Of a DNA stretch of 64,000 nucleotides, positions 26,701 through 38,700 are shown in pieces. The DNA lies in contig CM082582.2 in NCBI GenBank assembly GCA_040954595.2, positions 7,380,063-7,444,062 of the forward strand, read 5' to 3'. The DNA comes from Balanoglossus misakiensis. Its lineage: Eukaryota > Animalia > Hemichordata. The notes under the pieces are model-generated. The model worked only from the letters and a program-made list of their open reading frames with translations. It was not told the DNA's origin and ran no database searches. Position 1 is the stretch's first letter, and each line of letters starts with the position of its first letter. The translations under genes and the position numbers were made by a program.

Positions 26701-29700
26701 AAAACGGCCAATTTTTGTCCTCATTTTCAGGGTGTTTACAAACGTGCAGTATGTACACAATGTATGCACAATGCAAAAAGCAGACACCCAGAGTGTGTCG
26801 ATGCGATATAAACAAGACATTTAATAGTGGCCCTGGCACAGCTCACAAAAGGGTCTTGCATTATTACACCACTGTCCTTCAAACTCAGACAGCGTCACAT
26901 CCGCATGGCGGTCCTAAACAAGTCAGGTGTCACCGTTTGGTTGAAGGTGGGAACAGACACACTGCCAGGAGGGACATACAAATGTACAGGACAGTCCACT
27001 CTGGGAACAAAGGCATCCATCACGGAATATCTCTCCACCTGTTACATCCAACTGACATCATTCATGATGGCAGACATCTGTGTAGGGGGATGAGGGGAAC
27101 GCATTATGAATGGGTCCCGCTTTCTATACTCTGATAGAGTGCAGTTACACAACCATTTATTTTGGTCTTTATTTACTACAGCGTTGCCATCATAAAAACT
27201 AGATCAGACACTGACTCGTAAAAAAAAAAATATGGGGAGCTTTGTGATTGAGTACAAGCTGGGGAATAGACATTATTGCAACTGAACAACCATTTGTTTT
27301 TCATACTACAAAATACGAAAATGGTCCGATCTAGTTTTGTAAATGTGAAATTTTGTTGAAATCGACAAAAGCCAATGATCATCATCAATTTGGAATCTGC
27401 CAAGTGTTTACATGTATATGTAAGCTGACGTCAAAGAAATCCAAACATTAATTTAGCATATTGGGAATATGATATTGAATATCAAATCACCAACTCATAA
27501 TGATCCCCCGTAATAAACTTAATAGGATGTGGCCATTTGCGGGATATATGCAGCGGCTATTACTGGTCTTCTCAGCAAAAAGTCATTTCCAAATGCAGCT
27601 CAGCTCAGCTGCAAGTTGTCCTAGAGCCATTACTACAGGAGCAATTTGTCTTGTAATCTCACAGCTGATCACAGTTCAAACACAACTACTCTGCCGTGGC
27701 CTTGTTGGGAATTCACCCAGACATGGTAATCAGGCTGTTATGTGAGCTGTCTGTGTTAGTGGGCAAGTGCGTGTGTAATAAACCTCAGTCTTGTTGCTAC
27801 CTCTGCCAGGTCATCCCAAGTAGCTTCTTCCGCAGGCAAGAAGAGCTGTTGGGAGCAATCCTGACATGATCCACTCAGGAAGGAGGTTTTCCAAGGCTCT
27901 TGTGAAAAAGTCCTTCCGGTATCATCCTGGTGTAAAATCAGCACTAGGAACTCGGGGTCACATTTACCAATTCCTCATCAAAATGAAATGTTTAAAATTT
28001 TTGCTCAAACATCTGAAACAATCATCATGGATTTCTTGCAAGTTATATATTGACACAGACGTATTTGACAACAAATTAATAATGGCATACAAAATGTGTT
28101 TAATATTGGCCATCAATCTCTCAGGGGAATAATAATGCATAAATTGTGGGTTACAAGCTATATATACATACGGCCATCTGTACACAGGCCCACATGTATG
28201 TAGTACATCACGGTACAGCAGCTGGTAGCAATGTGTCATGAAATTCACAATGGTTTCCATGACAATCATTGGGGGCAGAGTGAATCGTTACGTAAGCACT
28301 TCCTGGCATGAATCGGCCAAATTGGCAAAAGACATTAGAAACTGCCTCAGGCTTGGGACTTGCATTTCAACAGCCTTGCATCAGCCACTGGTTCTTAATT
28401 ACATGTACACAAAATATATATTTTTAGCCCTTCTGAAACATTTCTACTGGTATATGAATGTTACATTACCTGTTAAAAAAATCACGCATCACTGTAATTT
28501 GATCATGAAACTCTTATGTGTCAATCTGACTATTGTATTTTACTTTCTGTTTGTTTTTTTGTTTTTACCCTGAGTACGACCGGAACACAGTTTATGTTGA
28601 TACCAGCTCGGCCACCTGACACTCTTGTTCTGAAACCTTCCATCTAAGCAAACAATCTCCACAAACAAGCAAAGAGAAAGCAAAAGAAACTTGACGTTAT
28701 GAAACCCCAAACCCCCTGCCACCGCATTTGTTCTGTCCCATTCTGATGTTTTTGTTGTGTAACACCGGTCGGAGAAGGATTTGTTGTCTTGGATGACTGC
28801 CGAAAAAACCAAACAAGCAATCTCCTATTCACTGTGCAAGGCCCTGTCACCATCAACCCTTGGGACATACGCACATGCTGACAGTCTCAAAGAACGGACA
28901 AATTCGCAGACAATGGGGCCAGCGCTTGAAGAAGCGTCAAGACAAAAAGCGACTGATGTAATACTTTGACATCCTTTTTTCTCTCGGAACTGTACAACTG
29001 CGTGGCTTGTTCAGGGTACTACAAAATACACGCATCTATTCAGAGCGCTGTCAGCCACTGTATTGTACGACCAGGCTTAAGAAGCTTGAACGATCTGTAT
29101 AGTATCAATGATCATATGGGGAAAATTGCTTCCCAACAGTTTAAATGTGTATCTGTTTGCTGCGCAGCCCTGGTGATGACACTAAAACAGAACAGACATG
29201 ATGAGAATCTTGCTACATTTTAAATATTATGTGTATGTGGCGACATGAACTGGTGATGACTGATCAAGGAACAGTCAGATGCTGCATGCAAACTACAGAC
29301 TTCCACACACATTAGAATTTTCCCACTATACATGTACCGGTACATGTACATGCCCACTCAAGAAAACACTGACCCTAGGTGTCCCGACAACACGCAATTC
29401 TTGCCAGTGAGTGACATCCAAGCAGCTGATAAATGAGCCACTTTATGGATATCTACATAAAACTGATGAGAAATTACTGCTTTAATGAGGGGGGAAATTG
29501 AGCATTACCCACAATGCAGTGCTATAATTGGAAATATTTTGCCACAGCCAATAAATCACCCTGGCAGAGTTTGTCACACAATAAAATATGTGTGTATGGT
29601 ACAATAACACGAAATAAATAAAAGTGCCATTTCTGTCTGTGTCTTGCACATTCATTATTTTTAACATGGTAATTTCAATTCATGTTCTAGTAGTTACGAT

Positions 29701-32700
29701 TACAACACAGTTGATTATCGATAAAGTTCCCTTCCGTACATTAATTTACATGTTAATATACATGAATTAATGAGCTTGATTAATGATATGTCGACTTGAA
29801 AATAGAAAGATGTGTATAGCCAGTAGAGTTGGCCATTTAATTTTTTTTTTTTAAGTACATGTTGTACCTTGGGGAAATGAAGCGATTATGGAATATTCAA
29901 TTCCATGACTACGGCTTTATGGAAGCAACCGACAATTCTGCTGACTCTGCTAACCTTGCAGAAAAATTGTTTTCACACCGTTCTGCACATAGTTCAAAAG
30001 TTCATAAAACGTCAAACCTTCACGCTGTTTCAATCACTTAGTGACAGACTGCATACAAGTGATCTTTGACTCCAGCTTACTGGAAACTATTAAACACTGC
30101 TTTCTGTAAAATAGAAAGCAACGGGGGGATATATGTATGTGCAATAACGCAAATGGCCATTCCATAAAATGTATGGTTTTTCCCCATAAAAGTGAAATAT
30201 CGCCATTCACTGTGGCCATCTTCACACTCGACTGACGTCAACAGAGACGCAAAGTACGTCATCAAAACGGAGACCGGCCAATGAGTGGACGGAATAGAGA
30301 AGACTATGCAAGGGTTGAGAGACACTGCAATTAAATGGTTCACTTCAGATATGGTCATTAGGACATTTTAAAAGTAGAAAGCTTTAGACTGCACACTGTA
30401 TATGTGTGTAGGGGACCCCCCTTTTTTCACCTGAACTTTATTTGCTGGCATACATGTACTACGTACAATGGCAGACGCCTTATTCGAGCAGATTTGAATT
30501 ATGTATTATTTGCGAGAGTTTTTTACGGGTGTGATGCTCCACTGCGGAAGAAGTGGCATTAAATTTTTATGACCTGATACAAGTATTTTGTCAACTTGAC
30601 ACGAGGATTCAATTGCAGGTGATGCGGTTGCCATGCTACAGGAATACAAGTCTAACAATGCTATAACTGCTGAACTATCAGATGATCCAATGTATGTGGG
30701 ATAAAGATTTAAAACAACATTACATGTATCTTTAAGAAATTCTGGTACTACGGCTGATTTCAGACACTGATAATCTAATGTAGTCTGACATGTTGACACA
30801 ACAGACAATATATACACATTTGTAGCCCCTCTTGCACTGCCAAGACATACTTGAGTGCCTCAATTCATAATTATACCAGCAGCGGGGCTGGACTCTACGA
30901 TATCAAGAAAACGGGGTGACAACGTCATACGTGTTCAGCAATTCCCCAAATTGAGTTCATTCTGATCTACACAACATTGAACAATTGGAAATTTGGGATA
31001 ATTTTTCCCCAAAACACTAAGTTCTTGCTCTTTACTGAAAGACAGCAGTGGTGGATACGCAAATCCGAACCCCACCCCCCTGCACGGACATGGTATCTTC
31101 CAATTACCGAGTATAGCCATGTATGGCATTTCTATGACCGTCCGTCTGTCTGTCTGAGCGCAGCATACTTGGGTCGACCCCTGCCAACCTCCAACACACA
31201 CAGCAAGTCTACAAGTACACCTCTAATTTATGGCACAACACGCTTGACAGGTCACCATGCCAGCCCAGATTTATTATAATTGGGCGTGTGGAATTTAAAT
31301 CAACACCCTCCTTCCAACAGCTGATCAGAACCATAACACGACCGGCCAGTCACTCGACCAAGCATTTCAACTCTGCCCTCTTTTGATAACTGCTAGTTCT
31401 ACCTAGCTACCAGCTTTAGTACTCAAAACAAACAGGCTTAGTTAATTCGCCTTCTGATAATCACAAAACTTGAAAATGAGCAGAAATATCACTCACTGAG
31501 AGTTAGTTGACTGTTTCTCGACTAAAATGCAAGTCACGTTTCTGATGAGACTCTCAAGCGAAACTAAGTTCTCAAAATGACAAAATCGTCAAAGATCACA
31601 AGATTGTCAAAACACCGAACTTTTTGCTGATACACACTCAGCCTGGGAGAAGTCCGTTGTCACTTAGAGGTAAAAAACAGTTTTTGCCTGCGTGTTCATT
31701 TCTTCAGGGTCTTAGTCCGCGCACACTCCCGGCTGTTTGGAGATAACGTCCAGGTTTCTCGATGCCACTCAGAGACGGTTGAAATTCCCTCGCGTACGCA
31801 CAAAAAGTAAATCATCGTCGGCACTGCTGAGTGCGCAGACCACCAGTAAGTGTTATCACTGACAGAAACGCATCTACTGTGAAAGGCCTTACTTAATACA
31901 CCGCATAAAAATTCTGCTTCGCTGACCCGAGCGCAACTGGCGTCTCTGATCTAACCCCTCTCCGCATCTAACACTCTACATACCCGCCTTGCCAGGCGGC
32001 AGATTGTCCGCCAAGAAAGCTAAGTAAAGACCGAGATAATTCATTGCATGCATGATGTTCAGAGAGCCACCTAGCTTTAAATTAATACATACGGGTTAAT
32101 AGATACAGTGCAAAAGGTATGACCCATTTAAATAGCCCAGACACAGCACAGCCTACATTTTATTGCCCCCATCCCCCTCCCAGATACAATGATTCTTTTT
32201 ACATCCTTTATTCAAAGCAATAAACTAGTTTCAATGGGGGCAAAGGTACAGTAAGCTCGGTAAATTTTCGTTCAATTGTTATGGCGAAACTGTACAATTT
32301 AGGGTGTGATCAATAGTTTCTAGACACAATGCAAAGAAATAAAACAGAAACTAATGTGCCACTAGCTAAGACAGCGAAAAAATTCTCAATTTGGCAGTAG
32401 AATCGATGTTTGGGTGTGTAGTTGCATTTGAGAAGGGCTGGGTGTATTCTCTTCTAGCAAGAAGATAGCCCCTTGGTACAGAAAAGTAGCTGGTTGGTTT
32501 TTCTTTGTCTACCAGCCTTTGACAACACCCCTGGTCTAAAGTCGTCACCCATCCCAGTTAGTCACTCAGTCCAATCATTTCTGCCGGATGTTAACAAGGT
32601 TAATTATTGATCTAAAAGCAAATATCATGCCATCTCATTCTGTATTCCAATTCCATCCCGGTGATTATGAGGGAGATCTTTACACCTAATGAGGCAAAGC

Positions 32701-35700
32701 GGCAAGTATGATGTGTAAATCTTGTCGGCGTTCAGAATAACAAATAGCAATTCTCGATAATATCATTTTATTAATCATCTGAAAATTTAATTTCTCCTCA
32801 GTAGGCAAACACATGAGATAGTCCAAGCAGGAATGTTAGATTTTCCACTGACGCCGACCAAAAAAAAACATTAAAGACCAAGGATGCTACTGCTGCCTCC
32901 ATATGTGACTAAAGTGATATACATAGCACTCCATTGCCCAGAAATGGGTATCGCACGCCAACATCTGAACCTGAGTGGAATCCGAAATGAGCAGACCGTG
33001 GTTATAAATACGTGGACACGTATGTATGTACGGGTGTTTCAGACCAATGCCTTAATTGGCGACATCCAGAGTCAAACTAGGGATGGACAAATTGCACCAG
33101 AAGCCTTCAGAAACACCTGGTGAAACAGATATCCGATTCTAGACATGATGAATCACAGGGTCCATATTTGTGAAGTTAAATCATTTTCTGTCTGATCTCC
33201 TAGTGAATACATATACACTTTTCATAGTAAAATATCTTTTAGCAATTTTCCTGTCATATTGGGCTTGCTCCATTTCCTTTCTAAGGGAACTCTATAACCC
33301 CATGACCTATGCAGTAATTTAAAGATTTTATGAGAAAGATACATTGAGGGGGCAACACTATAGCAAAAGTTTTTAAAGCTCAAACAAATGATGTCTTGTC
33401 CGAGCCATACTACATGTATGCCTCAGCAATACTTAAAGTCGGTACCTGTAACCCAGTACCGATGTACAGTGTTGTTGTGTACACTGAACAGCAACAAACC
33501 CACACCTGTTTGCGTTGGGTTAACTGTCAGCCAAGGTGACATTCTTAAGACACGGTCTGTTTGCGCATGAGGTCAACTCTGACGACTGCGGATTTACGTG
33601 TCCTCACCTTCAGAATGTGACAAACACATGCGTAAGACGCCAAGTGCCTTCGTGGGTTTTTGTCAGTGTTTGTTGTTGTTGATTTTTTTACGTTCCTGTC
33701 AAGTGCACACCCAAAACACAACTTCTGTTGCAGCCCACACCTGAAATGCGGTCGGAGGAATGAATAGTTGGGCTGCTATGTCTGCGCGTGACATCCAAGT
33801 CATCCCGGGGTTTAGTCGAACGGGTTTCCTTCTGAATGAAAAACAATGTTGTTGAGTCATTCCTGGAGGAGGGTCAGGCTGCTCAGGATATAAAGGAATG
33901 TCCGTCCACATATGGTCGGGGGACAAGGCTTGTGGGGGGAGGGGGAGGGGACTCCACTTGATTGATGACAGGGTTCGGACAAGCACATACATGTATGTAG
34001 TATTTGGGCAAACGCTATTGAGCAACTTCAAATACATCAACCAGTTGACGCAATTTCGCATCCTTTGCTGTCATGGGTCCTTGGTCGAACGTGTCATGTT
34101 ACTCTGCATCATAACCGATGTGGCTCCATTAAAATAGGTTTAAATTCACAATAAAAGAAACTACCACTAATAAATACCACCCGAGCCCCCTTCCATACTG
34201 TAAATTACAACAGAAGAATTGGACAAGACATTCTCTCAAGTGCATCTTCAGCTGTGTCTGTTTTTAATTTACAAGATGTGTCCTCTATTCTGTGACACTG
34301 TCATTTATTTTGAAGGTGGATACCTGAAACCATCCTAAGAAGTACTGGAATCTCGCTCTTCATCCTTGTAAAGTCGGAGTTGACAGCCTGGCTTAAATTG
34401 GCGTAAAGTGAGGTCAAAACACAGTCTTCATTCTCTCAGCATGCAAGGCCAACTCAAATCTCTCCTACATATGCAGGGCTGTATATTTTGCACAGTGTAA
34501 TGGGACAAAACGTCCGGATTAAGCAGTGATGTGTCTTTGTTTCCTTTTGGGGCCGGGACTTGTGTGACCTTTTCTCAAGGGAGTTTAACTTCATGTCGTC
34601 ATAAGAGCTGTTCGCGGTGGAGGAAATTAGCCGACTGCAAGGTTCAGGGGTGGGGTCACAAAGCTGCAAGAGACTAAAATCCGCGCATTGTCCCGGCGAC
34701 CCCGCTGATCCAAGGCGTTGCAAAGTCACCAATGTCTTTTTTGAATAGAAAACGTAAGTGGGTCCCCCCCTCCCAACCTTGGAGGAATCCATCCCACACT
34801 GGCTGACGTTACAAACAACAAAGTCTGTTCAGACCATGGCCTGAACTCGGCAGAAAGGGATCAAACCAACACCAAGTGATGCGTACATTTGCACCCCCAA
34901 TAAAAACAACAACACCCTTTTTTATGATTATATACTTCACTTGCCTTTGGAGTACGCCTTGCATGGCTACACTCCCCAAGTTGAACAATTTATCACCGTC
35001 ATATTGAGGGCTATTTTTAGCAATCTCTCTCCCATAGATAAAAGCGATTAATTTCAAGCAAAAAATACCTGGCATAGTCTGCCAAATATAAATTCAGCAC
35101 AAAGACACGTATAACTTTCACTGTGATGCCAACTAGGTTATCAGTTCAATTGCACAGACGACCGTGGGAAGAGGTGCCTTTTTTTCTCTCATTTGACATC
35201 CACGACCTCTCTCTGAAACTGTTGGTTTTCCGTATTGTGGTCTTACAGTATACATGGTATTCAAGAAAACCTGTCGTTATTGACAGACGATTCATTGCAG
35301 TTTGACAAGATGTTCTCATACACTTAATGCCCCCCTCCCAAAGTACCTAAGTATAGAACTGTCCAAACACTATAAAAGGGCAGAAAAGAACAGTGTCCAT
35401 ACACTATTCCCCAGATGGCCCTACAGCCGAGTTTGGGTCCGCATACAAATCCATGCCTTTATTCAAGCCTGGTACCAATCAAGATTTCTGTTAATACCCT
35501 TCGCACATTCTGGAGATTTGAACACATTTCATTATTTGCCTACGTCTGGTTTCTTTATCCGAGAGCACGCAGGCTATATTTGAAATGGTAAATTTGACAA
35601 CGTTGCATGTTGTATACCTTCAAATACTGTAAAACGAACGACCTAGTCGAGAAATGTCGTGTGTCTACGTTGGGGGAATTTACAATTATCAGCTAGCAAT

Positions 35701-38700
35701 ACACACCACAACTACACACTGTCACTGCTGCAGCAAGATTATCATCGCTTCTCAAGGTGTTCACGTCACGACACACTTTCTAGCAGCTGTCTCACTTCTG
35801 CGGCGGGAAAAATATCATTCTATCACTCTGTCAATCTCGAGTCTCAAAAGCAAACCACCGTCGTCTGACTTCTTCACCATTAGCGCTAACAATCCCGCGA
35901 CAGCATCTCTGCGATACCAAATAATCGTCTAATAATCTTCGGCGACACAGCTGGCTTCGAGCTGAAGTGTGGCAGTACATACTAATTAATTCTACTTTTA
36001 AACTCTGAACAGCCCAGAAGATCGTCTTGCATCTAGCCTATCCATCGCTTCCCAAGGATATTCTTTCAGAACTATCTCACATGTGTGTTATTCTTGCAAC
36101 ACGATGATGGGAATTAAGTTTCTCCAGTTAACACCAATGTCCGACAGCTGAGAGAAGCATACCTCTATTTTGAACTCAAATATATCTGGCTAAGAACTCT
36201 TGGGAAAAAAATCCAATCAAATATTTTGGAAAATATTTTCAATCCACATACATCATCACTGAAATTACATCACACCGATGAAATATATGTAAACAAATGC
36301 CAATGAATCTATCTATTCATAAGTGTCACATATGCAGCATGAAGATTTTCTGATCTGATTATAGATTTTATCAGATGCATCTCACATTTCCATGCAATAG
36401 CATGATTCCTTTCTGTTCTAAACCCCCTGCCTTCATCACCATCATTATTATCCTACCCAAACATGTACGCACTCATATGTTCTGCACTTGAACTTTATTA
36501 ATCGACCTTTCCAAAGATATGAAACCATTGACCGGAAAAAATATATCACTGGAGATCTGACCTTTTTAAATGATACAGCTTGATTGAAATTAATTAATTC
36601 ATGAACCCCTTGTTTCAAAGGGGAGATAATAGCGAGAGGAGCACTCTTCCTGAATTAGACCAGTCAATTATGCAAATTACATAATTAATCTGACACACAA
36701 AATCTCATTTGAATAATTGATATTGACTGTCAATGTCAGTGCCGCACTGACGTTCAGTGTCACTCTTGTATCGCTGTCACAGATTTTAAACATGGGATTC
36801 GGAATTCCCAACCAATTAGATCGCTAATAGCTCGCACAACCCCAGGACGCTGTCACAGATGTACACAATGAAAGTCACAGAATTACCCACAGTGCCCCTC
36901 TCTTGTCGTGCTATATTTACACATTTGCGACACAGAGTTCAATTGACAGTTGATGTCAAATATATTCTCTCCACCTCGCCCATTTTCGAAAATAGAAATC
37001 AGACCTTGCAATGAAACGAACACTGTGAGAAAAAATGCAGCCGGCGCACACATCGGATTCTGGGACATTGCCCTGCCTTTCCAACGGGCAAACCAGCGAG
37101 AGAACGGAAACAAAAGTTACCGATGCACTGGTGAGCATGGGTCTGTGGTCACCATCGGAATGTGGCACGGAATACCACAGGCATTTCTTAAATTGTTTAA
37201 ATACAGCTACCAAACTATGAAGGATGAAAATCATTTTCATCAATATTTCATAACGTATATCACCGCGATGACTAGAGGTGTGCAGAATGGAGTGGGCCTG
37301 AGAACACAATAGCCGGCCGTGGGCGTTTCGTTTTTGTTTTCCGGCAGAGGTGTGCCGTGGCATGGGTGGACAAAGTATGTCTTTAAGGTGTGCTTGAAGT
37401 TTAATGGGACAAGCCACAAATCATCGCGAGTTGACCAAATAAGAGGAAATCATGTGCAGGAAAACACAGTCATCACACGAGGCTGGAGAACAATGCAAAC
37501 AGATATTGCCGGCGGCCAACATGAACTGCAGGCCACGGGTCGTGACCTGGGTGTCAGCTTATCATGGGTGTGTGCGCTTTACAATGGTCTCATAGGCAAT
37601 TCCATCAGATATATATCATACTATGCTATAACTATATGATAGTTTATATGTTAAATTAAAATTTTATAAACATTATTAAAGTGGGAGACAGTCCTTTGTT
37701 TTAATCAGATTTTACCTACACTTGGCTCACAGATTCACAACAGGAGGATAAAGCATAGACAGTCTATGGATAAAGTGACAGTGCCACAGCCAGGGGGATA
37801 TATAAACATATATCTCCAACAAGGGAGAATTCACACATATAAATTGCATGTGGTCTGTACGTGTTGGCTGTCCCTTCTCGTCTCTACTCTACTCACAAGG
37901 TGTATATAAATCACGCACTTAGTTTATGTGTCTGCAACACATTCAAACTACCATGTCACCTCAACGTGTATTTAGACTGGACGTCTGCCAACCCTGCCTC
38001 TGCCCTCGCGTAACTGACCTATCACTCTGCTTCAGTTGCCGAACCACGTGTACGGTCCCAGTCTAGTACCCCTCTCCCCCCCCCCCCCCCAACTCAGTTT
38101 CTTTTTTCTTTCTTTACCTTCTTAGGATCAAATGATTAGGCGGCGAAACCATGCTTTCTTTACCTACCAAACTCTGGCCGGATGTTACACAACAAGGGTC
38201 GTATTGACTTACCAATGGTAAATCATTCGGCCTAATTGATCCCTTTGTTCTCGACAACTGAAAATACAGACACTGATACCTGACATCTGTGTCATTTCAA
38301 GCCTGGGAAGAAATCCCTGATTAAATATTTATGTCAACAGCCTGATGCCTGCCAAATATTTGTTTAGAATCACAGAATGAAGACAATCATATCTAATTAA
38401 CCCATCTATCGGTAAATTTGCATTTTCAGCCTTTATCCCTAATTATTGGCCATCATTCATGGTTCAAAGTGTTTGCTAAGTTGATAGTGATCTGCCCTAC
38501 ATATTCCCCTCATTTGCTTGTAGCCCAATACCCTGCTCTTTTGTATTTTATTGAATTAAGATGGCGTTCCCGGCTTTCATGTTACACACCTCACAATTGA
38601 CCTGACCGAGATGCCTCTATTGAAGTTGGCAACCTATTTCCGGTCCACTTCAGAGAACCAACAAACGGGACGGAAACAAATACGTGCCGGGATTCAGTGA

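Noticed and set aside
33145-33196. ATGATGA...CTGA box C/D snoRNA-like pair
   Set aside because: Antisense to the host intron, too short, no terminal stem or recognisable guide
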